Source: Felis catus
Taxonomy: Eukaryota
Length of the DNA stretch: 64,000 bases
Direction: 5' to 3'
Assembly (NCBI RefSeq): GCF_018350175.1
Contig: NC_058382.1
Coordinates: 59,026,001-59,090,000 of the forward strand
Below the pieces are notes generated by a model. The model was given only the letters and a program-made list of their open reading frames with translations, searched no databases and had not been told where the DNA came from. Positions 25,444 to 37,705 of this stretch are shown in pieces. Numbering within the stretch: the stretch's first letter is position 1; the number at the start of each line of letters is the position of its first letter. The position numbers were made by a program, and so were the translations under genes.

Positions 25444-25680
25444 GTTATGGTGTGAATGCTGTATCCTCCCAGATTCCCATATTGAAATCCCGAGTCTCAA
25501 AGGGGTGGTGTAAGGGCTTGGGGCCTTTGAGAGATGATTAGGCGGTGGGGATGGGGCCATCACAAATGGGATGACTGCTCTAGTGACAGGGACCCCACAG
25601 GGCTCCCAGCCCCTTTCACCCTGCGAGGACACGGTGAGAAGGTGTCCCACTGCAGCCCGGGAGAGGCTCCTACCAGAGCT
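25444..25680 (+). mobile_element. MaLR LTR fragment (MLT1A-like)
   Basis: tatggtgtgaatg...ggggcctttgagagatgattagg...gaggacacggtgagaagg. Confidence 0.75.
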
Positions 25681-26369
25681 GCTTAATCACTTTTCACAAA
25701 AAAGAATTAGAAAGCAACGTAGCACATAGGTTATTGACTCTGGTAAACTTGGTACACTTCTTTACTTAAACTGGATTCAAAGCACTTAGACAGGGTGTCT
25801 GGGGTATCCTTCTTGCTCTCTGCAAAGTGAAGAGAATGCAAATATTTGCTATTTCTTATTGTTAGCAGAGAGGGAACCTGCATCCAGGAGAATAATTGTA
25901 AAATAAACTCTTAATAATAATAAAATAAACTCTCCAAACTTCTACACAGAACTAGCAGCTGAGTTTCAAAAAAAAACGCTTTGGTAGTTTACTTTATTTA
26001 AAATACTTCCCTCCACCCCCAACAGCAAAATTAATTATTTTAATTAATTAAAAAATTAATTAATGAAAATTAATATGTATTTGCAAAAAGTTCAAGCATT
26101 ACAGATGTATAGCAGATTTTACTTCTTAAATTGTTCATTCAGGTCACTTTCCGGGATTTTAAACTGTAATTTTATGCTAATTATTTTTTATCCACTTATA
26201 TTTTATTTAAACATGTTCTTAAATAAACGAGCAACATAGTTTTTAAAGTTTTAAAAATAATATTACATTTATAACGTAGGGAGGGTCGGTTCACGCTTTC
26301 GGGAAGAGATTTTGGAGGCTATTTACGTGAATGCCCAGCTTTATGTTATTTTTCTTTCTTTTTAATAAA

Positions 26370-26760
26370 AAATGAGGATGGACCTTACTGTTTTATTCCT
26401 TCTTTTTCACTTAATGATAGACATTGGGCATTCTCCATGCTTATACACGGGTCTTTCACTCTTTAATGGCTGTAGGGTTTTCCTTTGGGTTGTAGTTTAT
26501 GTAACCAAGCCCCTGTCGGCGAACATTCGGCTTGTTTCCAGTGGTTTGCTGTCACGGATGCAGCCACGGTGAAAATCCTTGTGTGGTTATTAGGAGAGTG
26601 TTTCTCAGGATAAACTTCCTGAAGAAGAATTTTAAGTCAGAGAATAGGGGCTTCCTTAAAAGCTACTTACTGGACGTAACTGTCACGCCCCTCACAAAGT
26701 TTGCGTCCCTCAGCGGGCACTCCCAAACGGATTTCCTTATCCCACACCCTACCTAACATG
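26370..26760 (-). mobile_element. Old L1M (L1ME-like) fragment
   Basis: cttgtttccagtggtttgctgtc...aaaatccttgtg...ggataaacttcctgaagaagaatt. Confidence 0.5.
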
Positions 26761-26804
26761 TGACACTTTTACAGCTACCTACATTCACAGCTGGGTTTTT
26801 AAAA

Positions 26805-27019
26805 GCTTTTTTTCAATGGTTATTATTTATTTTTGAGACAGAGAGAGACAGAGCATGAGCAGGGGAGGGGCAGAGAGAGAGGGGGACACAGAATCCGAAG
26901 CAGGCTCCGGGCTCCCAGCGGTCAGCACAGAGCCCGATGCGGGGCTCGAACTCACGAACCGCGAGATCATGACCTGGGCCGACGTTGTCAGCTTAACTGA
27001 CGGAGCTACCCAGGCGCCC
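26805..27019 (-). mobile_element. CAN-SINE
   Basis: Typical SINEC body and T-rich tail. Confidence 0.94.
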
Positions 27020-27999
27020 TTTTTTGTGTTTTTTTTGTTTTTTTGTTTTTAACAAAACTCTTGGCCGTGTCTAATTACCTTCAGCTGCTATGGTCCTCAC
27101 GGAACAAGTAAAGCACGGCCCCTTGAACACGAGCTGCCAGTTCAGAGCCTGCGGTAACTGGTCATGTCACCTCCGCCATCTCTCGGTCCCAAGGACAATC
27201 CCAATCTACCCACAGCACACGGGCTGACGTGCTCAGCCTTGCCAAGCGTCCACGGGCCGGCAGGGTAGCCAGGGGGCTCCCAGAACTTGGGAGTGCCTCT
27301 TCCTGTTTGACTCTCGGGGCAAACACAGTCTCAATCTAAGACAGCAGAGCGGTAAGAGAAGCACCTTCTTCCCCTGGACGGTGAGAAGTCGCCCATGTGA
27401 CCTTTGGAGTCGCCATATTGTTTTCTCAAAACCCAGGAAAAAGGACCATCTTGATGTTACGTGGCTTCAGTTCTGGGAGGCCTCCCGGAGCCCTGCCTTC
27501 ACGCCCCTGCTCCCGCTGTCTGCGGGGTCTCTCTCTCCGTCCGAGCCCTACGCCTCCCTGTAGCCCGGGTGTCTGCATTCTGCCTCGACTTCCTGCCCTG
27601 GCCCCAGCTTCCCGTGGGGAACGTGATCCCCATGCCGTGGGCGAGGGCTCCCAGCTGAGCTCTCAAGGGGTATTTCCCATCATCCCGTGTGGAACGTCCA
27701 GCCTCCGCATGACAAGAGGTATTGCTTCTTCAGCTTGAGTCTCAGGGCGAAAACCTGGACAGGTCCCTGGAGATGGCCCGCTGAGCCATGCAGGAATCTG
27801 TGTCAGGTTCCCCGTCCCCTTTCCATCTCCTGCTATAAAGGCCACAGGTCAAATAGGCTTTATCAGCCCACCAATCCCCCCCCCCCGCCCCCGCCACCTG
27901 CCTTGAAGTCACTAGAGGCTGGGGGAGCCCTTCTTGGCTGAGGGCATGAAAACAAGTCTTCTGGAAGGATTTATGGGATGCTTTTCTGGTCCTCACTAA

Positions 28000-28455
28000 A
28001 TTTCCCCCTTCACCCTTCTTTTTATCTTGAATATGGATATGATGTCTGGAGCTGCAGTCACTCTGTGGGTCATGAGGCGTGGCAGAGAAAACCACAGAGA
28101 CACAGGATGTGTCTACCAACAGTGCTGGACCACTGACCACACTGTCCCCTCTAGCCTTCTGGTCTTGTGAGAAGATGAACCTGACTATTTATTTATTTGA
28201 AGTTTATTTATTTATTTTGACAAAGAGACCAGGGGAGGGGCAGGGGGTGGGGTTGGGGGAGAAAGAGAATCCCAAGCAGGCTCCGTGCTGTCAGCACAGA
28301 GCCCGACTCGGGGCTTGATCCCACGAAATGTGAGATCATGACCTGAGCGGAAATCAAGCATCAGGCGCTTAACTGACTGAGCCACGCAGAAGCCCCAAAT
28401 CTCATATTTTAAAGCCGCTGTAGTGAGTTTTCCGTTGTCTGCTGTAGTTAAACAC
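28000..28455 (+). mobile_element. Old MaLR (MLT1-like) LTR fragment interrupted by a SINE
   Basis: gatgtctggagctgcagtc...cttctggtcttgtgagaaga and tttaaagccgctgtagtgagttttccgtt. Confidence 0.5.
28187..28396 (-). mobile_element. CAN-SINE
   Basis: Typical SINEC body. Confidence 0.9.
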
Positions 28456-29590
28456 GCGCTTAAAGGACACACGTGCTTAATAAATACGATGTATGCGTCT
28501 AATGGAATATAGCAGAGCCATTAAAGGGATGACACTGCTATTACCTTTACTGATGCCAAGAAGTTATCATGATACATTACGTGGGGGGGGGGGGGGGGAG
28601 GGTCCCAAAGAGCATTTTTACAATCGCGTACATAAGAGAACATACAAACATACACACCCACACTTACGTTCATGAATTTCTATCTGTAAGAGAGAAAGTC
28701 TGGAAACATAAACAGAAAATGTGGGAGTGTGGTGGGATTTCAGGGTGTGTCTTTTTTTCCTCTCGGGGCTCTAGCCTCCGAAAATGACAAGATCTGAGGG
28801 TCATCTGAAACCTGAGATGTGGGCATTGAGTCCCCGCTGGGCGAACACGTGGCCCTCCCCCAGAGAGGCGCCGTTCCCGGCCCCAGACATGCCATTTTAG
28901 CGCCACAGTCACATGGCCCATTTGGAAAGGCCCGTCCCGGGTTTCCTTCTGTCACCGGCAAATACCGAAACGCCGACATGGAATGGTTCAGTTGCACCTG
29001 TCTGGGGAACGGGGGTCAGCAGCCAGCCGACAGTCGGGGCGTCGGGGCTCCGGTCTCGGCCAGCTGGGGGAAGCACCTCGAGCTGTTAGGGGTGAGCCTT
29101 AACTGGGCTGTAGGCTCAAGGCTGTTTATGGTTGTCCCCGACTGCAGGGCAAGCGGGGGCATTGCCGGCTTGGCGTGCTGGGTACAGCGAGATGGGCGTC
29201 CGGGAACGGAGACGCGGGGAGGCACGAAAGGACATGCACAGACAATGTACTGCAGCGGAGGTAGCAGCCGCGGACCCGCGCCAACCCCACCCCCCACCCC
29301 GTGACACAGTGAGGGACTAACTCCGGAGCTTGTCAGCAGTGGGAAGCTGGTGGGCTGGTTAGCAAGAATAAAGCAGCTTAGCCCGTTAATGCGACTCTCC
29401 ACACTAGAGGTCAGCTCTGGGAGCACGGGGACTGTTCCTGGGCTCCCAGAGGGGAACAGAGGCGGGGGCAGCTCTCCTCCACCCCGCTGCACGCGCAGCG
29501 CCATCGGCCTCACTCGTGGTGCTGGCGACACCCCTTGGCTCCTTGCCCTCACACCAGCTGCATCTGTTCTCAGACCTCCACTCCCCACAA

Positions 29591-29788
29591 CAGTGCCGTC
29601 CAGGAGAACTTTCTGCAACCATGGAATGCTCTAGAACCACACCGTCCCGTGTGGTCGCCACATGTGGCTATCGGAGCGCTCGAAATGTGGCTGGTGTGAC
29701 TGAAGAGCCGAGTGTTTATTTTCATCCAGTGTTAATGATTTTAATTTAAATAGCCCTGCGTGGCCGGCGGGTTCTGTGTTGGACAGGG
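29591..29788 (+). mobile_element. Near-complete MER3-like hAT-Charlie MITE
   Basis: cagtgccgtcca...ttctgcaaccatggaa...gccacatgtggcta...tttaaatagcc...ttggacag with inverted ends. Confidence 0.8.
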
Positions 29789-30177
29789 GGACCCGAGGCC
29801 GCTGGTCTTTGTTCCCCGACACCAAGGCAAGCGCCTGGCAGAGAGCAAACCCTGCAGTCAATGATGACCTGGTCTGATCTGCTTCTTCCCTGCTAATTTG
29901 TTCAGATCCTAGACTTGCCAGAGTGAAGTGGAAGCTTCTCTCCTCAGCATGTGCCCCTTATCTCCCTGAACGATGTTGACCGGCCAGGCCCCGTCTGAGT
30001 CTACTCTCTGGACACCTAAAAGTAAACAGTAACTCTTCAAAATAATAAAACGTGCAGTTACTGCTCAAAATTTTCAAATGGCCTCATCTTTATCTATGTC
30101 ATTCAAAACTGTATCTACGTCAGCTATCACCTGTGTTGATATCATCCATTACCTTGTCTACACACTATCTACCTGTT

Positions 30178-30996
30178 TCATCCATCCATCCACCCCTCCA
30201 TCCCTCCATCCCTCCATCCATCCCTCCCTTCCTCCCTCCATCCCCTATCATCCCTCCCTTCCTCTCTCCCTCCATCCATCCACCCATCCATCCATCCACC
30301 CATCCATCCATCTGCCCATCCATCCACCCATCCCTCCCTCCCCTCCTCCCTCCATCCCTCTCTCCATCCCTCCCTTCCTCCATCCCTCCATCCATCCCTC
30401 CCTTCCTCCCTCCCTCCCTCCATCCATCCATCCACCCATCCATCCATCCCTCCCTCCCTTCCTCCCTCCATCCATCCCTTCCTCCATCCATCCACCCATC
30501 CATCCCTCCCTCCCTTCCTCCCTCCCTCCATCCCTCCCTTCCTCCATCCATCCATCCATCCATCCATCCATCTATCCATCCATCCCTCCATCCATCCCTC
30601 CCTTCCTCCATCCATCCATCCATCCATCCATCCATCCATCCATCCATCCCTCCATCCATCCCTCCCTTCCTCCATCCATCCATCCATCCATCCATCCATC
30701 CATCCATCCACCCATCCCTCCCTCCCTTCCTCCCTCCATCCCTCCACCCATCCCTCCCTTCCTCCATCCATCCATCCATCCATCCCTTCCTCCCTCCCTT
30801 CCTCCCTCCATCCTTCTATCCATCCATTCCTCCATCCATCCCTCCCTTCCTCCCTTCATCCCTCTATCATCCCTCCCTTCCTCCCTCCCTCCATCCATCC
30901 ACCCACCCATCCATCCGCTCATCCATCCATCCCTTCCTCCCTCCCTTCCTCCATCCATCCATCCATCCATCCATCCATCCATCCATCCATCCATCC
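30178..30996. repeat. Compound (CCAT/CCCT/CCTT)n tetranucleotide tract
   Basis: Directly visible, about 820 bp. Confidence 0.97.
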
Positions 30997-31009
30997 AATA
31001 TATGGATGT

Positions 31010-31031
31010 TATCTATCTATCCACCCATTTG

Positions 31032-31075
<44 letters not shown>
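31010..31075. repeat. (TCTA)n microsatellite
   Basis: Directly visible. Confidence 0.95.
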
Positions 31076-31814
31076 CTCTATCATCTGTCATCTCCAGCCA
31101 GCCATCATCTATTCAAGTCAGGATGTAAGCAAGGTCCACACACATTACACGTGACGTCAGCACCCCACTCTTCATTACTAGGCGGTTGGTCTCACCCCTG
31201 GAGCAGAGACATGAGTGTCATTGGGGACCCTCCCGTTTCCCACGCTGGCTCACTTGGGGAGGGATGACTCCCTCGCCCCATGTCCTGTCCGCCGCCTTAT
31301 CTCTCCATCGGTTGTTGAGGATGCGCTTGCCAAGCTTGGAGCCCAGAGCCCAGAGCTGGCAGCCGGACCATCTGATACGACGCCCTCGGGGAGATTTCAG
31401 CACCTCGTCATCCTTGCCGTCCCGGCTCCAAGCACTCGGCCCAGCCCACTGCCAAGCACAGCCGTCAGGCCCCACAGCCCTGTTTCACATGCTCGGACAT
31501 GGCCAGGCCACGTCTAGACAATCCCCGGCACCCAGGAAAACACCCCGGGTCCGGTCAGACTGGATTGAGCCTGACTTCCCGGAGGCCGGGAGCCCATTTC
31601 GGCACCGATAGCCCTGAGTGCAGTTTTCGGGACTCGTTGCTCGAGAGGGCGGCCCTTCCCACTGAGACAGGGGACTGGAAGGCGGCCCTGTCGCAGCTGG
31701 GAAGCAGATTTCCGTGAGAGCAGTTCGCTGTTTGCTTTTCTCAAAAGGTGAAGCTGTTGGTCTCGTTCCTCCGTCTGGCACCCCTCTCCTGCCCATTCTG
31801 TCATACCTGCTTCA

Positions 31815-31985
31815 TTAAAGCCTGGCACAGTTCTAGCCGTACTGTTTACTGTGTGCGTAGAATGCCTCCTTCGATCCTCACACACACATCCTGTCGTATG
31901 TGGATGAGGAAGGGGGCCCGGAGAGGTTAAGTTATTTGCCCAAGGTCACACAGCAGACCTGGGGTTGGAGCCTCAGTCTTTTGAA
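31815..31985 (-). mobile_element. MIR fragment (further MIR pieces near 15660, 32345, 46440, 49100, 53340, 58620)
   Basis: gagaggttaagttatttgcccaaggtcacacagc is the MIR core in reverse. Confidence 0.75.
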
Positions 31986-32459
31986 CCCAAAGTTAGGAAG
32001 GAACTGATTGTTCAACAGACCCTTCTCCTTCCTGGACGGGGAGGCCCTGGGACATTCGGAGGTGGGGGAGTGGCAGAGCCGGGACGGAGCCTGGGAGGAC
32101 CCCAGGGATGCTATGGGGACAGGGACCCTCTCCACAAGGCCCTGCCCAGCCTGTGGGCCAGGCCGCCAGGGGTCCTTTTGTCCCTCTGCAGCCTGAGCTC
32201 CATGTGCCATGGGGACAGAGTCTTCTTGGGATGTTCCTCACGTGTCTCATCCCAGAGAGTAAAAACCGGTGGCCACCTGCCACCAGAGCTCTTGACCGAG
32301 CCTGAATCCCAGTCAAGGCCCCAGAACGCACGTACCACCCCCCTGTCACCGATGAGGAAACTGAGGCTCACAGAGCACAGGGACTCACCCAAGGCCCCGC
32401 GGCCAGGGATGGGATTCAAAGCCGGGGGCTCCTGGGCGTGTTTGTGCCCATTGGAGTAG

Positions 32460-32900
32460 CCACTCTCCGCTCTGACTGAAGCACGTTAGAACCGACTGCA
32501 GAGCATCCAAAAAATACAGACGCCTTTGGATTCCTAGAGACTCACGAACAATTCGTCCGGGGTGGGGTCTCAAAGCTCCCCAAAGCTTCTTGTGTTCAGC
32601 CAGGGTCTAAGACCCCGATGCTTACGGTGGGGTCCCCGGGCTGACGGCATCACCTAGGAGCTTGCTGAAAACGCAGCCCCCGCCCCACCCAGACCCTCTG
32701 AATGGTCAGAACCTGCATTTTCAACAGACCCCTAAGTGCCTTTCCCGCTTGTCGTGCCAACGGGAATCACCAGGAGCCTTCAAAACAACCAGCCCTCCTC
32801 CTGACTCTACCCCACCCCTGGGCTCTGACTTAATCCATGGGTCTAGGGTGTGACCCAGCTCTGACCCTGGGGGTGGCCCTGCTGAGCTGCAAAGCTGAGG
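32460..32900. mobile_element. Cluster of MER5A/B-like hAT-Charlie MITE fragments
   Basis: ggtcccc...gcatcacctaggagcttgctgaaaacgcag...ccccacccagacc...ctgcattttcaacag. Confidence 0.7.
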
Positions 32901-33252
32901 GCTGCTAGTTCGGGGCCACTTGTTAAATTAGACTTCCAAGAACGGGTGGTCCTCAGAGTGTCCCTTTCTTTAACGTAGAAAATATTTGCATTTATTAACT
33001 GAACGAATGAAAAGAAGTCGCGACACAAAGTGACTGCTTTCTAGGGCTATCACCTTTCACCCACTATGTCCGGATTTGGGATGTCCCTAGCCACCCGCTT
33101 CTCCCTGCCAACCTGGGAAGAGCGGGCACTCCGCCAGGAGACGTGAACTTAGGGAAAAGTGAATCTTGTCAAGAAAATGGTAACTTTGGGGAACACAGTT
33201 CTGGAACACTTATGGCTAATGGATTGTAAAATCAATTGAATGACTCATAAGC

Positions 33253-33253
<1 letters not shown>

Positions 33254-33307
<54 letters not shown>
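33254..33307. repeat. (TG)n microsatellite
   Basis: Directly visible. Confidence 0.97.
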
Positions 33308-33310
<3 letters not shown>

Positions 33311-34204
33311 AATGAAATAGAATAGAATAAACAAGACTAGAATAGAATAGAGAGTTCCAGACCACATCAGAAGTGGCAAGAATATGGTTTTGGTTATACT
33401 GGGGTGAGGTGCGAGGCATGTTTCTCATCGTGCGTGTGGTACAGGCAGGAACAGAAATCCACCCCGGGGCGGGGGTGGCATTTTTATGACATGTTCTCTC
33501 TTAACCATCATGATCATCCTACGCTGTGGGTATTCTTCTTGTCTTATTTTAAGGGGAGGAAGCGGGGGACAAGACAGCACCGACCCTGTCCACCTGCTCG
33601 TCCAAAGCCGTGCCCCCGGCTGCCCCTGTGGCGCCGAGAACCAGGAGGAAGTAAGGCTTCGTGGTGGCTGAGCTTCTGGAGCCTAAACGCCCCTGTCCAC
33701 TTACAGAAACCGCCAACCACAGTCACAGGGCAGGGATTACACTCTAAGGACCCGTTTGTGGAGAAGAGAGTGGACCTCCATGCTTCAGGAAACATCTTGG
33801 CTGCGTATGCACGGGGTCCTCCAACAGAGTCCACCCTGGGAGCGGCAGGCGGCCTCGTGGGAAGCCCACCCAAACCCTCGACCTTGGGATTCTCCTGTCG
33901 GTCTGTGACTTTGTCTCCGCTCGACAAAAGCCACTCATCCCTGTAGTCTGTCTTCCCGGCATCGTCACTATGGATCGGCCCCACGTCTGCAATCACCGGT
34001 TCCAACATCCACTAGGACCACAGGCTCTTCTTCTACCTCCCCAGCCCCGATGCAGGGACCCCTCATCCTCGCTGAGGCTTCCGTGTCCTGACTTCTCTTC
34101 TTCGTTCCTGACGGTCAGTCCCTTCCTGCCCTTCCTTTTTTTCCTTCCCAGCTAGAGTCTCCACGGTCTAGCACTTTGATGTGTCGCTTACCAACACACT
34201 CAAC

Positions 34205-34420
34205 GTGGGCGGCTCCTAGGAGCCGGAAAAGGCAAGGAAAGGAAGAGGAAATGAATTCTTCCCCGGAGCCTCTAGAAGGAATGCAGCCCGGCCAACACCT
34301 TAACTTCAGCTCCGGAGAGCCGGTGCCAGACGGCTGACCTCCAGAACCGTGTGAGGGCAGATCTCTGTTGTTTGAAGCCGCCAAGCTGGTGGTAGTTGCA
34401 GCAGCAACAGGAGGTTGACA
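34205..34420 (+). mobile_element. MaLR LTR 3' part (MLT1C/D-like)
   Basis: ggaaaaggcaaggaa...gagcctctagaaggaatgcagccc...ctgacctccagaacc...tgttgtttgaagcc. Confidence 0.78.
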
Positions 34421-35589
34421 CGGTCCTCTGCTTTTGTGAAGTTACGTTAGGGTCTGTGGCACGGGCGTTGGGTGCGGCTGGCGGCCCGCCTGACCCCTGG
34501 GTCCCACGTCTACTTGTACACGCCCTTCCTCCAGAGGCTGCACGCACCTGCTCCTTCTCCAGAATAGCTGGAGCCACCTCACCTGGAGGGGCCTGGGGCT
34601 CGTGGGCCTCGTCCCAACATCAGGGCCGCCTGTGGCCCACAGCCAGCGAGTGAGAGGTGCCACAGTCCGGGTGCACCGAGCGACTGGGTGCCGCGGATGC
34701 TCCAGGGCTCCTGGGGGCCAGGCTGGGGCCCCCGCACCCTTGCTCTGCTCTGCTGTTCCCCTGCACACCCCCACCTGCTTCCTTCCCTCCTCAGACGGTC
34801 TCCTGAGAGTGCTGCCGGGACAGTGCGACAGACGCCATCTAAAGATTAAGCCACGGCCTCTTGGTAGCCAACGAAGTGCACCCAAGAGTCCCGAACCCAG
34901 CTCCGTCCCGCCCTGTGTGGCCGAGGTAGCCTCCGAACGAGAACGTAAGGGAACATTCTAGTTGCTAATTAGGAAACAGCCTGCTGGAAAGGGAAGCACA
35001 TCGAATCCCAACAACAGCTACCATGGGCTGAGCATCGGCTGGCTTTCGAGGTCTCTGCACGTTTTCCCTTTTCTTCCACAAGGTGACTGGGGTCATTCGC
35101 TCCCATTTTCGGACCAGCATCTTGGGGCCCAGAGGGGCCAAGTAATCCCACCAGGGTCAAACAGCCACTGTCTGGGAAGGCAGGGATGTCCACCCTGGTC
35201 GTGCCAGCTCCCCCCTCTGCACGCTCTTCCTCCAGACACACTGTCTCTCACACTCCTGTCCTTGCTCAGAAGTAAAGGGTCCTCATGGGTTTACGAAATG
35301 ATGAGATTCGTTCGGGCGAATGGAACGTTCTGGACTCTCCACGGAGGCCAGAGAATTACAAGGGCCCTTGGCTTTGGGAAGGCTCAGGCCCCACGGTTCA
35401 AACATGTCACTTCCCACGGGCACTTCCCAGCCAGACCCTTGGAAACTAAGCCGACGAGGTCGTGAGTTTGAGGAGGCAGCGCAAAGAGAGCAAAGGTCCC
35501 GGTCTCGAACCAGCCCTGGGTCGAGAAAGTGGCGAACGGGGACTTGGGAGCCGAGGGCGGCAGACCCTCCCCCCCCCCCCATCTGTCAT

Positions 35590-36130
35590 GACGTTAAACA
35601 CACACGTATTCAACCCAGCATTTCACTCTGAGGGGTCACCCAAGCGGAATGAAGACCTGTGTCCCTGCACAAACACTTGCTCATTGCTAACAACCCACGC
35701 CGGGAGGAGCCCCAGGGTCCACACACGGGGGAGTGGACAGACACAGCGGGGCACGTCCACACAGTGCAGTGGCACTCAGCAGTAAAGAGGGGCCAGCTAC
35801 GGCACACGCAGCCAGAAGGAGGCATCCCGGGGACTGTGCTGAGGGAGGAAGCCAGACACCCAAGGGCCGGTACTGTGTCTCAGGATGAAAGAGATTCTAG
35901 ACAAAGCAAAGCCAAGCAGTAGTGAGAGCCTGGGGCCAGGGATGGGGACGGTGGGGGCTGATGGCAAAGGGGGCCCCTGCAGGTCCCTGATGTGATGGAA
36001 CGTCCCACATCTCAATGGGGACAGGGCTCACCTGACCGCACACACGAGTCCAAGTTTATCAAGCTGCACACGTAAGACAGGCGCCTTCTATCTTACGTAA
36101 ATTACATCCTGAAAGAGTTGATTTGAAGAA
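35590..36130 (+). mobile_element. L1M (L1MB/MC-like) 3' end fragment
   Basis: acccagcatttcactc...aatgaagacctgtgtc...actcagcagtaaagagg...taaattacatcct. Confidence 0.7.
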
Positions 36131-37549
36131 ATAGGCCCGCTCGCAGACAGATCTGGGTGTGAGTGGAGAGGGCCTCCGACAGTGACAGGGCTGGGGCAAG
36201 TGTGTGAGCCCCTGGGGGTTGGTTTGCCCCCGGGAGGGCAGGACGCTAAGGGGGCAGTGGGGTCGCTGGGCCTGGGGCTCTGAAGCGGCCTCTGTCTCTG
36301 CAGCCACTGCCCAGCACGATGGGGTGCGGCCTGGCCTCCAGAGTACGCGGCCAGAAAATCCCAGTTCCCAGGCTGCCCTGGGTCCTGGCGGGAGCTCCCA
36401 GGGTGCGCCTCTGTGTTCCCAGGTCCACCCGCGGTGCCCTTCAGGGCTCCTCGATCTTGCCTCTCCCTCTGGAGTCTCCTGTCGAGGAACCAAGGCCCTC
36501 TCTGCCCCTGGCCACTCCCAAACTTGTGTGTCTTTTCACTCTGGGTTGGAATCCCGACTTTTCCGTCTCCTCTACAGGCGTGGACCCCCTTGTCCCCATG
36601 TCTGCAGCTCACTTCTGTAGAGGCCGAGCTGGAGCCCCAGTCCGCGGTCCGGGGACAGGCGCCTTCCCAGTCCTGGCCCTCCTGCCAGGTGATTTCAATT
36701 TGCCGTGACCTTGAACAAAGCATTGTTCCATGTGAATCGTATGTGCATCCGGTTACATTTTAATTACCGACTCTGGTCCGAGAGAAACCCAGAGCAGCCC
36801 CCGAAGGCCTGGTTCCTGCCACCTTCTCCGCTCGCCCACAGCCTCCCGGTGGCTGAGGCCTCCAGCCCTTCTGGCCCCGTCCAGGCGCTGGGAGGTTTAT
36901 GGAGCCGACGCGGTGCTGACCGTGGCTGCATGCTTTCGTGGGGCAGGTTGATAGCACCCGGGCCACGTGGACGCTGTGCACACGCCGTCCATCCGACCCT
37001 CGCGCTGGCAGCGTGGGCCCCTGACGCCGGCCGCGTGGTCGGATTTGAGTCCTTCACCCTTCAGGTGTTCTCGGTAGCACGGCTGCATAATCAACGACTC
37101 TAACACTGAGTGGCTTGTGACAACGGAGGGCTTTTCCTCTGCCTATGTGTCTGCAGGGTTCGCGGGGACCGCTGGTCTCTGCTCCGTGCCTCATCTAGAC
37201 GGCGTCTCCCTGTCTTCGCACAGCCTCTCCAATGGGTCGCTCCGGCATGCCGGCCACGAGGAAGCCGCATTTCCCACGAGGTGGCTCAGGGCTCTGGGTG
37301 TTCTGACAGCCCAGGGCAGAAGCTGGAGGCCTTTTGTGGCCTAGCCTCAGAGGTCACCTGTGTCGCCTAGGACCAGCCCTGACTCAGGGCCCACAAGGCA
37401 CGGGTCACGGGGGGCCCGTGTGCGCCAGGTCCCGGGCTAGCTGCGAACTAACCAGAGGGGGGCCAACACTAAACACAAGAATACCCACCGAATCAAGAGG
37501 TGGAAGGTGCCGGGAAGGCAAATGTGGCAGGACCAACGACGGGGGACGG

Positions 37550-37705
37550 TGGGCAGTGAGTGATGCCACACAGGGGAATGGGGATAGCCTCTCAGAGGGT
37601 GAGCGTCTGAGCGAGATCCGAGGAGCATGGGGAGGGAGGCTTTCTGGGGAAGAACTCCCAGGCAGAGAGAGTGGAACAGCCAGTGCCAAGGTCCTGAGGC
37701 AGGTA
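37550..37705 (-). mobile_element. L2 LINE fragment
   Basis: ctggggaagaactcccaggcagag...aacagccagtgccaaggtcctgaggcagg. Confidence 0.6.

Noticed and set aside
30052..31154. Two 358-aa Pro/Ser/His ORFs and reverse MDGW-repeat ORFs
   Set aside because: Translations of the (CCAT)n tract, which lacks stop codons.
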